Origin: Felis catus
Lineage: Eukaryota
Assembly (NCBI RefSeq): GCF_018350175.1
Contig: NC_058375.1
Coordinates: 199,454,001-199,518,000 of the forward strand
Direction of reading: 5' to 3'
Length of the DNA stretch: 64,000 nt
A program made the position numbers and the translations under genes. The notes under the pieces were generated by a model that was not told the origin of the DNA, made no database searches, and saw only the letters and a list, made by a program, of their open reading frames with translations. Positions 24,701-36,700 of this stretch are shown in pieces. Position 1 is the stretch's first letter. Each line of letters opens with the position of its first letter.

Positions 24701-27700
24701 TCTGGATCTCTGGATAACTGTTGCTGGAATTTCTCAGTGTGCCAAGGCCCATGGCAGTGGTTACAAAGACGATGGGGAGAATAACCTGAGCAATGAGACC
24801 TTTCCAGTTTCTGCGGGTATGGTGGAACCTCTTAATGAGTATCGCCATGATCTTCTTCAGTAACAGATCAAAACCCTTCAACCTTTCACCTCTTGTCAGG
24901 ATTTTGTCTGATTAGAGAGAGAGAGAGATTTGATATGGTTCTGGGTAATCCCGATAAATCAAGTAATAGAGTAACTTCAAAAATCATGGATGGATGGTAT
25001 AATGTGATGTGATATGAAAAGCTTGTATTTCGAAGGTTCTGATTTGAGGTTCAGCTCTTTGTTTTTCAACCTTGGGCCTGAGCCTCTCCATGTCATAGAA
25101 CCATACGTAAAAAAGCTTTGCGAATTACAAATCACTATACACTAAAAGATTAGTTACACCCATAGTAGTTTTACATGTCAAAGTGAGATATTTACAATTT
25201 TATAAATGAATAGTGTCCCTAATCTCCAAAGTCACAATGTTTTCTCGGTATGTACTGCTAATTATACTAAGACTCAAAAGGAAGCTTCTATCAAGAGACT
25301 GAATTCCAACAAGATAAACAGAAACCCAGAAACCGACACCTAAAACTCATATGACATAAACTAATACAATGTATAACTTCAGTTTTAAAAAAAGATAAGC
25401 AGAAGCCAAAACAGCTGCCTAGTCTAAAAACTCACTCCTACTGTGGGTAATTTAGTGATTGTAAGTTTATTGGCTTGCATTCCAATGTGAGGTCCAATGA
25501 ATTCACCTTAAACTTGGGAAAAGGGAAACGTTCTCTTCAAAAGTATGATTCTAGTTCAAAAATTCATTACCTTCTCTTTAGAAATCTGGACTGATTATAT
25601 CTGCCATTTCAAAACTCCATTTTTACCACTAGCGTCACAAAAAAGAACTCATTGGAAAAAGATGTTTACAACCCCCACCTCCCACCCCTGAAATGTTCTT
25701 CAGGTGTGGAGAAAAATTCCATGGTTTCTGATAATGAATTAAGAGCAGCTGTAGAGGCCATAAACTGTTGTCCCCTCAATTGTGCTCTTACAACTGATAA
25801 TTCCACAGCCCCCTCTAAAAATATAACATTCTCTCCAAGGGCCTGACGCCAAGCACTCCTCTACATGTGATAAGATGACCGTCAACTGTGGATATTTTTA
25901 ATTCCCCATCACAAATTATNNNNNNNNNNNNNNNNNNNNNNNNNNNNNNNNNNNNNNNNNNNNNNNNNNNNNNNNNNNNNNNNNNNNNNNNNNNNNNNNN
26001 NNNNNNNNNNNNNNNNNNNNNNNNNNNNNNNNNNNNNNNNNNNNNNNNNNNAGAAGGAGCTGAATATTTTAAGTTAATTAGTATGCTTTTCTGTTTCTTG
26101 AGAAATTACATGTGGATGAGTTACAGGTGTATCAAATGGAGCAAATGTGCTTTCTAAAAGATAATGTCAATGAGGGAAACATTTTGACTGAAGAGTAGTT
26201 TCAAATTATGAGACAAATGCAGAGGCAAATACATAACATTTACTTCCTGAAGCAGATGACCACTTTCTAATCAAAGTCCTCAATGCCATGGGCTTGACAA
26301 TTATATTCCCCAAAAGATGATAAATGAGGAATATGGCAGAGGACAAATGAGACTCCCAAGTTCCAGAACTATGCAAACATCAGAGAAGATCTTCTCTAAA
26401 TTTTAGAGTCAGGCAAATGTTTAATTAAAAGTTCTGTTCCTAGAGATTTTTTCCAAGTTAAGCAAACTGTTGAAATGACTATTCCATAATTTATATATCA
26501 TTTTACTATCTGCTTCCTTAAGTAAATAGTGTTTCCAAAGGCATAAATTAACTGTCAGAAAAAGAATAAGAGAGGAGAAAAGTTATTTTCAAAGGAGCCC
26601 AATTCCTCAAAGTCCTATCAAGAAACACGATTTCTGAAATGTATCTTGTGTGAAGAATTGAGGGGGACAACCTATCACTATAGGTTCTTAGGTAGAGTCC
26701 AACTTCATCAAATCTGAAACCCTCCCCCCAAAAGCATTTTCTCAGAGCCTGAATTGTTCACAGAAGGGGAAGATTAGACATATTTTCCAATAAGGTCCCA
26801 TAAAGAATGATGCCTCTTTTTTTAGCTTTTTTTTTTTTTTTTGATGACTCTTCTGCTGAATATGTCTGTTAGTGAGTCAGCTACCTTGCAAGGTAACTTT
26901 GTCCATTGTTGGACAGCACCAATTACAGGAAGGATTTTAATTTGTTAAACACAAATCTGAAACTGTAGTAAATTACATGTTAAAAACGACTGCCAGGGAG
27001 GTGACTGGGTGGCCCCATCAGTATCCAACTTTTGATTTCAGCTCAGGTCATGCTCTCACTGTTCGTGATATCAAGTCCCACATTGTGCTCTGCACTGACA
27101 ATATGGAGCCTGCTTGGGATTCTCTCTCTTCCCCTTTCTCTGCCCATCTCCTGCTCGCACTCTCTCTCTCAAAATAAATTAATTAATTAAAAAAAATACT
27201 CATTAAAAAAAATGACTTCTTGTGGGTGTAAGGAATACATACCACCACGCTAATGAGGAAGTTCTTTCACGTTCTTCAAAACATTTTTGAAATAGAGAAC
27301 TTGATTTTGTTTAATAAATACTTGGGAGATTAAAAAAATAAAGCTTACTTTTTTATTCTGAATTTATTTTTTTAATGTTTATTTTATTTTTTTGAGAGAG
27401 AGAGAAAGAGAGACGTAAGCGCAAGCAGGGGAGGGGCAGAAAGAGAGGGAGACACAGAATCAGAAGCAGGCTCCAGACTCTGAGCTGTCAGCACAGAGCC
27501 CGATGCGGGGCTCAAACCCACAAGCCGTGAGATCATGCATGACCTGAGCCGAAGTCGGATGCTTAACCGACTGAGCCACCCAGGTGTCCTTCTTTATTAT
27601 GAATTTAGAAAGAAAATCTGAAGCTGAATTTTGTCCTATGATTTTTCTCACTTATGTCATTTATTGGAATTAAGCAAAATATACACATTAGATTTATACC

Positions 27701-30700
27701 ATCTCTGTCTGTGAAACTGCTGCTGCTCACAGATAAATCATCGGGAGTTGAGATGCCGTTGGTACTGGAATTTCCAATTTTCTTTTGTGTTAAGTGCTCA
27801 AGACTCATATCTCTATCTTTTTGTGACTCTTTAGTCAAATTCAGAAAGACCTAGAAAGAGAAGCCAGAAAACTTCATTAACATAAAACATGCATGCCCTT
27901 TCTAGTCTCTAAGCTCAATTTTGATTTTAAATTTTTATCACATCGAGACAAGTGTGATCGTAAGCAAATATTTTTATAGTGACTTTAAATGAACATTTTT
28001 TTTTACCATATGTTATTATAATATTATTGACTATATTCCCTATGCTGTACTTTTCATCTCCCTGACTTATTTATTTTATATCTGGAAGTTTATATCTCTT
28101 AACCACCCCTTCCCCGATTTCACTCATCCCCTTCATTCCTCTAAGTAAACATTTCGGTATGTAAAAGACACATGTTCTCTAATTGGGTAGAAAGGTCTGT
28201 TTTCAAAAGTCAGTCTTACATAAAAATGGTATTGAGATAGTTTTAAGATTTTCTGATTTTGTAAAATGTTTATTTTAAAATATTTTCTCTTTTTAAAGAA
28301 CTGTGTATATTTAAGGGAACAGCAAGTCATACCAGCCTTAAGAAAAAAAGAAATGTACCTCTTCCACGGTGGTGTCTGAAATGCCATAGCACCCGATGTT
28401 GAGGTCACCCATGCCATTGTCCAGCGCCCTCAGGAGTGACAGATAGGCCCCTGAGACTTTGGTGCTAAATGGAGGAAGCACATACACAAGCTCTCCGCCG
28501 ATGTCCTCCTTGAGGTAGGCTTCAGGGAGGTGTGATCGGATCATTGTTGTCACAGCCATTGTGTCGCATGTTGTATTTGCACTTAGATTTGGAGTCTAGA
28601 TACAAAAACAGAAGTTGAACACTCCTTCGTCTTTACACTGTACTGATGCCCAAGGGCCCTAATCAGAGGGTGGTGAGATTCTTTCAAGACATTCAGACCT
28701 GAGTCAGATGACACATCCCCCCTCTGGTGTTTCCTGTCCCACAGGGGTCCCTAGCGTGGTCTATAAGTCACTATTTTATTGGCTCCATTCTCCCGCCTCC
28801 CTCTATCCCTTCTTTAGCCTCCCTGCCCACTACCTCGCTCTTACCTGCTCTGCTCCAGCCACAGCAGCCTCTCTGTGTTGTCAGAGTGTTTCAAACTCAG
28901 GCACACCTTCCTCAGGGCCTTCCCAATAGTTGTTCTTTTGCCCTGAGATAGTGACATGGCTCCTTCTCTCCCAAGTCCCAACTCTTGGTTCAACTGTCAT
29001 CTTCTCAGAGCCCCTTCTCTTCCTACCCTACTTAAAATGGCACTGCTCAGCATTCCCATCCCCCCTCCTGTGCTTTATTTCTACCCTAGCATTCGCCACC
29101 TGCTAAGAGACTTAATAACACACTTAACAACACTATCATCCAATCCCCCATACTCTATCAGAATATAAACTCCACGAGGGTAGAGATGTTAATATCATCA
29201 GTTCTGTAATCTCAGGTATTATATACCTAATATTACATACCTAATACATACATTTCTTAATGAATTCATGAATATAACAATACATTGCTTTTCATTTGGA
29301 AGTCACATTAGGATGATCAGATGTAAAATAAATGGTGGTAGTCAAAGCCTACCTAACAGCATACACATCTTGCACAGAATTGGTAATCATATGATATTTT
29401 AGGTGGTCCAGGGATCCTTAGTCGCCACTGCTGTCCTTCAAAGATGTAAAAGCACCTTTGGCCTGAGTTAGTCTTTACACTGCCACTTGAGGGGTACTGA
29501 TCAGAAAGTGAATACACAACTACATATTCTCTTTATTTGCTTTAATGCAAAAAAAATCTAATTTTTAGCCTTACAGGCTAAAATGCTAGGGAAACTAAAA
29601 GGCTGATCCTCCATATGAGCAAACTTAGGATGTAGATCCTTTTTGACCAAGTATCCCGGTTCTCTGTGTGATCCCGGACCAGTGGCATCCACATCATGTG
29701 GACCCTTGTTATAAAGGTAGTCAGTTCTAGAACCCCATCCTAGACCTACTGAATCAGAGACTCTTGGGGTGAGGCCAGAAATGTGGGTCTAAACAAGGTC
29801 TTCGGGTGTTCCGATGTTTCCATGGGTTTGAGAAGTGTGAAACTAACATATTAATGATGAATTTTAGCAGTTAATAAAATTGGAGAGGGCGCCTGGGTGG
29901 CACAGTCGGTTAAGCGTCCGACTTCAGCCAGGTCACGATCTCGCGGTCCGTGAGTTCGAGCCCCGCGTCGGGCTCTGGGCTGATGGCTCAGAGCCTGGAG
30001 CCTGTTTCCCATTCTGTGTCTCCCTCTCTCTCTGCCCCTCCCCCGTTCATGCTCTGTCTCTCTCTGTCCCAAAAATAAATAAAACGTTGAAAAAAAAAAT
30101 TGGAGAGATTCTGCCTCCATTTCACAAAAAATAGTGATTCATGTCCCTGTCATGAGGTACACTTTCTCTCTTACAAACCTTTTTCTTAGTGAGCGTGAGG
30201 TGATACCCGTCCCCAAACGCTTCCTTGAGGTAAAATGGTGACCCACAGCAGCGCAGCCCGCCCTGCTCCAGGAAGGCTATGCGGTCACTCAGCACTTCAG
30301 CTTCGTCCAAGTGGTGCGTGGACAGAATGATTGTTCTGGCTTGAAAATACAGAGAAGAACAACCGAGAATGAAAAATGAAGACACAGCTCCTGAGATATA
30401 CAGAGTTAGCACGAGTAAATCCTGTGATTTATGAGGAGATGAAGCACGTTTTATGAGCTAACTGAAAAACTGACCAGAAGGAGCTTTCAAAATAAACAAG
30501 GAGAAATTTGGAAGGGGTGTTGCTAAATATACAGGGCTCTTTTCTCATAAGTCGGCAGCGAAAAGGCATTGCCTTTGCTGTATGGCTGAATGTCCATCAG
30601 TCAGAGGCACGCGTTAGCAACTCCTTCCTTAGTTTGCTCCTTTGTCTTCATTTCCATTCTTTCTCTCTTTGCCTGTGTCTCTCCCCCACTTTTTTCACTA

Positions 30701-33700
30701 TGAAGAAGCAATAATTTTCGAGACTTTTTGAATATTCCTCTCTGATTAATCCACTCCACTCTGATTGCTTCTTTGCTTCACATCCTGTTAGCACTTGTTT
30801 AGTCTGTTTTCAGTTTATTTTCGTTTGTGTATGTTTGATATCTCTAATTAGATTCTAAGCTCCTGTAGGCAGAATTTGGGACTTCTATCTTTTTGCATGC
30901 TCTCAAAAAGGCCAGTGAACTCAACTCACAGGGGGCACTACAGGGATATTAACTAATAAACCCAGAAATTTAATGGCGGGAAGAGAAGACTTTGGGAAGG
31001 GGAAGACTCCATCTGAGACTTTTAACAGGGCTTCTAAACAGAAAAGGTGTAGGCTTGGTTGCAAGCATCCCAGAGGACAAAGTTATGACCGCTGGGTGGA
31101 CAAGTTATAAGAAGGTCCTCATACCAGTTTTGTTCTTGGATATAACATCCCATATACTTCGGCGAGAACATGGGTCAACTCCAGTGGATGGTTCATCCAA
31201 AATGACCACCCGTGATCCACCAATAAGAGCTATAGATATGGATAGCTTCCTCTTCATTCCTCCTGACAAAGTGCCAACTCTCTTATGACGATGGCTGTAT
31301 AGTCCAGTATCTTTTAACGTCCTTCAAAAATAATGTATGGTGGTTATTTTTGACAGAGAAAATATTTGAATATTGAAAAAATACAATAAGTACTTTAAGT
31401 AATAGGCGTTTACTAAGCAACTATTATGTGCTCAGCAAGGTACAATACACTATTAAGGATTCATGATACGGTTTTTTATTGTTTATCGTCTAGTTGGAGG
31501 TTCAAAATTGATACCCAGGAAACAACACAAGGGAATACATGGCTCATTTTTTTATTTGTTCATTGAAAAATACTTAGGGAAGGCCTGCCTGTTTTGTGCC
31601 AGACTGTTTAAGCTACTGGAGGAAATAGTGAGAAGATAATATTTCTACCCATAAGGAGATTAGGTTCTATCTAGTATGTGTATGTATTGGGAAGGATGCA
31701 GATAAAATTCGGTCAATAAACATATTCCCAAGTATGTTTATAATTCACTAGATGGTAACAAGTACAATAAAAAATACATAAAGCAGGGTACATGAGATAA
31801 GGAGTGCCTGGGGCATGCTATTTTAAGCATATATATATATATACAGTCATCCCCTCAGAGAAGGTGATATTTGATCAGAGACTAGGAAAATGGAGGAGTG
31901 GGTCAAACAGCTGTCTGGGGAAGGCTGCTCTAAGTAGAGGAAACAATAAGTGAGAAGCCCTGTGGCGGGAGTATAAGCCAGTGTGTGACTTAGGCAGTGT
32001 CTAGAGTACAGTGAATGGAGGAAAACTAGAAGGAAATGACATCAGAAGTGAGATGGGGGCAAGTCTTGTAGGGTCTCTTGGCCTCTACTGAGTTCAACAC
32101 TGAATGTGGTGGGATGCCATAAAGGGCTTTGAACCCNNNNNNNNNNNNNNNNNNNNNNNNNNNNNNNNNNNNNNNNNNNNNNNNNNNNNNNNNNNNNNNN
32201 NNNNNNNNNNNNNNNNNNNNNNNNNNNNNNNNNNNNNNNNNNNNNNNNNNNNNNNNNNNNNNNNNNNNNNNNNNNNNNNGGGAGGGGCAGAGAGAGAGAA
32301 TAAAGAGAATCCCAAGCAGCCTCCACACTGTCAGTGCAGATCCCGATGCAGGGCTTGAACTCACAAACCACAATGTCATGATCTGAGCTGAAGTTGGTCA
32401 CTCAACTGATTGAGCCACCCCAGCATCCCCTGATTTGTCTTTTAAAAAGGTCACTCAGGCTGCTCTTTGAAGGATAAACTGTATAAGGGAGAGGAGAAGG
32501 TAGGTGTCCAGTTAGTAGGCTTGGCCTGATGTTGTAGCCATTAGAAACAGAGGATTTGGGGCAATATGGTAGCCTGAGATGAAGAAAGTTAAACAGTTTC
32601 AGTACAATACTTGGCTCGTGATCATGACGACATAAAATATATACAATACCGGAAAAGTAGAAAAACTAAAACCAATTCTTTTGTGACCAAATGTTTCCTA
32701 CAGGCATTATCATTACCATAGCTTGACGTCTTTTTGAGAGGCGTTACCAGTGCATGTCCTGATTGTCACTATACTGACCTTTTCACTTCCTCATGCAGCT
32801 GCTTTTTAGTCCAGTGAGGAACTTTGATGGAGCCATACAGCAGTAAGTGTTCCTTGGTAGTGAGGTAACTAAACAAGACGTCGTGCTGCATGCAGACCCC
32901 CATGCTCTTCCGTACCGTGTGTAGGTCTGTTTTGGTATCTTTTCCGTAAACAAAGATGGTGCCTGCTGAAGCCCCAAAAAGCCCAGTCAACATGGAGCTG
33001 AAAATGAAGAAATGATAAATTAGGTATCAACCAAGCATTTAAGTTAGATTTTAGAACTAAATATATCTCATTCATTAGCAAACAGTATTACAGTGTATCT
33101 CCTTAGGTAAGACCAAGCTATAAAATAAAATGGTATTACATGGGAACAAACATTGAGTGACTTTTAAGCTTTTAATTATTTAGAGTGTTACATAAACACT
33201 ACACAGTGACAATGATGGGGAGGGGTGGTGGCCGTAGTAATGACAGAAATGGTCACATACTTTAATTGCCAAGTATGCTCTCTCCTTGAGCAAACTCATG
33301 CACCTCCCTGGCATCAGATGGTATCTATGAGTCGTGGAGTCTCAAATTTATATCTTTAGCCCAGACCTCACCACTCAGATCCAGATTTGCCCTGTATATC
33401 CAGAAGACAGTATCACTTCTCCATAAGACATCTTACAGGACCCTCAAACTCAACATGTTTAAAATTTAACTCAGGCTCTTTGCCCTCAACTCTGTGCTCC
33501 CACTGATGTTCCTCTTTCACCATACGATGAATCCAAATACTGGTTGCACAAGCCTAGAATCCAGAATCTGTGTTTGCATCCTCCTCCTATCTCTGTTTTC
33601 AACCTCTGCCCATATGTCCCATTTTCCCAGCCACACCACAGTGCAAGCCACACCACCACTTGCTCCTGACCACACCACTCTCCTTCCCATGTGAACATTG

Positions 33701-36700
33701 GTCACTTTCAGTCCCTGTGTCACTTTTCAGTCTACACTGTGATTATTCTCTACTGTGATTATTCTCTATCTTACTAGACAATTGCTTATCATTTTTCAGA
33801 TGGTTAATAAACTGAGCAATTACTTAATATCCATCTTCTCCAGTAACATGTAAGCTCCATGAGGTCATGCAAAGGATCCATTTTTCCACCACTGTCTCTA
33901 GTACCTAACTAGTACCTTGTACCTTGTATATAATGAACCCTAAATGACTATTGTGGATTTAATAGGGAATCAATAATATATGCAATTCTTCCCATAAAAA
34001 CACCTTGAAATATAAACAACTCATTCTTCATATTCAGAAGAATAAAATTAGGACTTTCTCAGCTAAAATTACAGCTTCTTCAAAAAACCTTCTTCTCTTT
34101 TCTTCGCTGGTCTCTTATTGCCTATTAGAAACCTGCTTTTAAGCACTAAATCACTATGTTTTCACTAGAAAGCCAACTTTGAATTTAAGCAGGCCATATA
34201 AATAAGAGTAGCTGCATGTTCCCTCATTTCATGACCTTACTTTGTCCCCTTTTATTTGTAAAAGAAAAATTAATTTGAATATATTTTGGCAGTCACTGAG
34301 CTTACTTATGATAATACTAAATAGGATATCCAGCAACTGACACTTTTTTTCAAATAAGAGCTAAAGAGAAACAGCAGCTTAGCACTGACTTCCAGCCAAG
34401 AATGTGGAGCACTGGAGGTGAGTCACAAAAAAAAATTCAAAAGGATGTCACTTTAAAAACATTTGAGTCTCTTCTCCTTTTGGACACATCAGTTAAATCA
34501 TGAGTGAGAAGGAACAGCTCATGTACCACTCCTGGCCCTTTTGATCTATATCTGATAGCTGGTGATTTCTTTCTTCATGAATCAAGGCAAGGAGCAGCTG
34601 GGGCTGAGTGTGTTTATAGCAAAGTGTGTAAACTCAAAATTATACATGGGCCAGAATAGAAATGCAAATAAATGAAGCAGACTGGGCATATGCGACAGTG
34701 CAGATTTGTGAGGAACAGGAATAAATCAGAAAGCAGATGTCCCCTTTAAGAGAACAGTCACCGGTAAGACCCAACCAATTGTCCCCACCTTAGACCGTGG
34801 ACCCAGTATTGCTAGAACATCCTATTATCCAAGGAATGTGAAGAATATTTCTTTCTATTAGAAAACCTCTCCATTTGTAAATATTGGCACTGAATTATAA
34901 CTTTTAAGAAGTACTGGTTCAGCCTGATCTGGCCTTTTGAGGTCTCAGATTGGGACCTCTGACTTAGACTCCATTTTATAGTAAACAAAATGAGCTACCT
35001 TAATCTATCTCGGAGATGTAGTAACTTCATTCTTTATGAAAGAAATGAGGAAATATTAAGTAATAGGCTTCCAGGACAATAAGTGTTAAAAAGTAACATA
35101 CATCGTAGTAGTTTTCCCGGCTCCATTGGGCCCCAGCAAGGAAGTAATATGTCCTTCATAGAAGTTCAGATTGAGGTTATCAACAGCAATTTTTGAGCCA
35201 TAGATCTTTGTGACCCCATGAAGGGCAACCCCAACTGTGAGATCCTTAGGTTCAGGCTCAATGTTGGAGGGGAACATGTACTCAGGACCTGAAGGGAAAT
35301 CAAGAGAAGAATTATAAAGATCACAAAGAAGGAGAATGCAGCCACAGAGAGACTTTTCCTTAATTAAAAACTGAAGACTATAACAACACAGGCCTCTAAG
35401 TAAAAATAACTCTGGAAACAAAATATTGTAGCCTTCAGCTTCTCATTTGGTTAAAGAATGAATGAGGTGGGGAACCACACTCTCCAAGGCTCATATCACA
35501 CCTCTCTGTCAGAACAGGTAGTCTTAGACTACGCTATCATAATAATGAATTCTCCTTGATTCAACAGATCTCAAATATTTAAAAGGCAGTCTAAGTTCTC
35601 TGATCAGACAGGATGATACCAACTAATGGAAAAAAAAAATGTCTACAAGATGTGATTTTACGGTGACAAGGCCAGTTCAGATCTGTGGTTATAGAATCCA
35701 GTTTATTGATTACTATCCACATCTGCTTTAGGCACCACACATAGACCATGGATATGGGTCATCCTTACCTTATGAAGATGGCACTACTCACCCAATGTAA
35801 ATCATGAGCTTTAAACTGTTTGTTCAGCGTTGGTGATGGGTTATGCTAAATTATTTGTAACTTGGTTACTCTTTTTGACTAGTGACAGATGGCTGGAGTT
35901 AGGGGTGTAGACTGTGGCCAAGGAACAAATTTTTTCTCTGTGTGAATCTAACTGGACCACAAAGGGATCTACAATCTTGGCCTAATTAGCGCCATATGCT
36001 AACCAACTGAGCTAATGAGCCCAGAAAAAGCCACAATTTAATCTCCATAAGAGTCTGAACACATATGTGTGGACATATTCATCCATGACTAAAAGGATGA
36101 TAATTTTGCCATTTAGAAAAACATAATTAAAATCACTAGTCATGTAAATTTTTATATCACTTCTGTCATAATAATGCTTGTTGTTGACCTACTTGTCTTA
36201 CTGGCAGATGGGTTGGTGTTCTGCATCATGATATTAGTAAACATAAGGCCATTGCTTTTCTCATGCTTCATGTCTGTACATCCCAATCGCTCCTTCCAAT
36301 ATGAAGGGAGGACTGGAAAATACCACGGAGCTGCCATGCCATAGGTACCTGTGATAAAAATGTATTAGGAAGAATAAATATTAGCTGATTGTTAACATTA
36401 GGCATCAGAAGCTAAACAACAGAACATTATATATGGTTCAGAAAGTATTTTCTTTCTTTCTTTTTTTTTTTGATCTATATCAAATTAAAGCATAGTCTGT
36501 TTCCAAAGTAAAGCAAAAAAAGATAGCTTCTCTTTTATTCTTTTAAAAAAATAACTTCATTGAGGTATAATTACATGCCATAAAATCTGCTCATTATAAT
36601 AAGTGTAGAGGTAGATGATTTTAGTAAATACCTGAAGTTGTGCAACCATCACCACAACCCATGCATTATTAGACTATTCCTACAGCTTCAACAAGTGTTC

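Larger units (their letters stand above)
31555..32545 (-). mobile_element. L2 fragment interrupted by N-run and SINE
   Basis: gtgccagactg...gaaggtgatatttgatcagagact...aaaaaggtcactcaggctg motifs. Confidence 0.65.
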
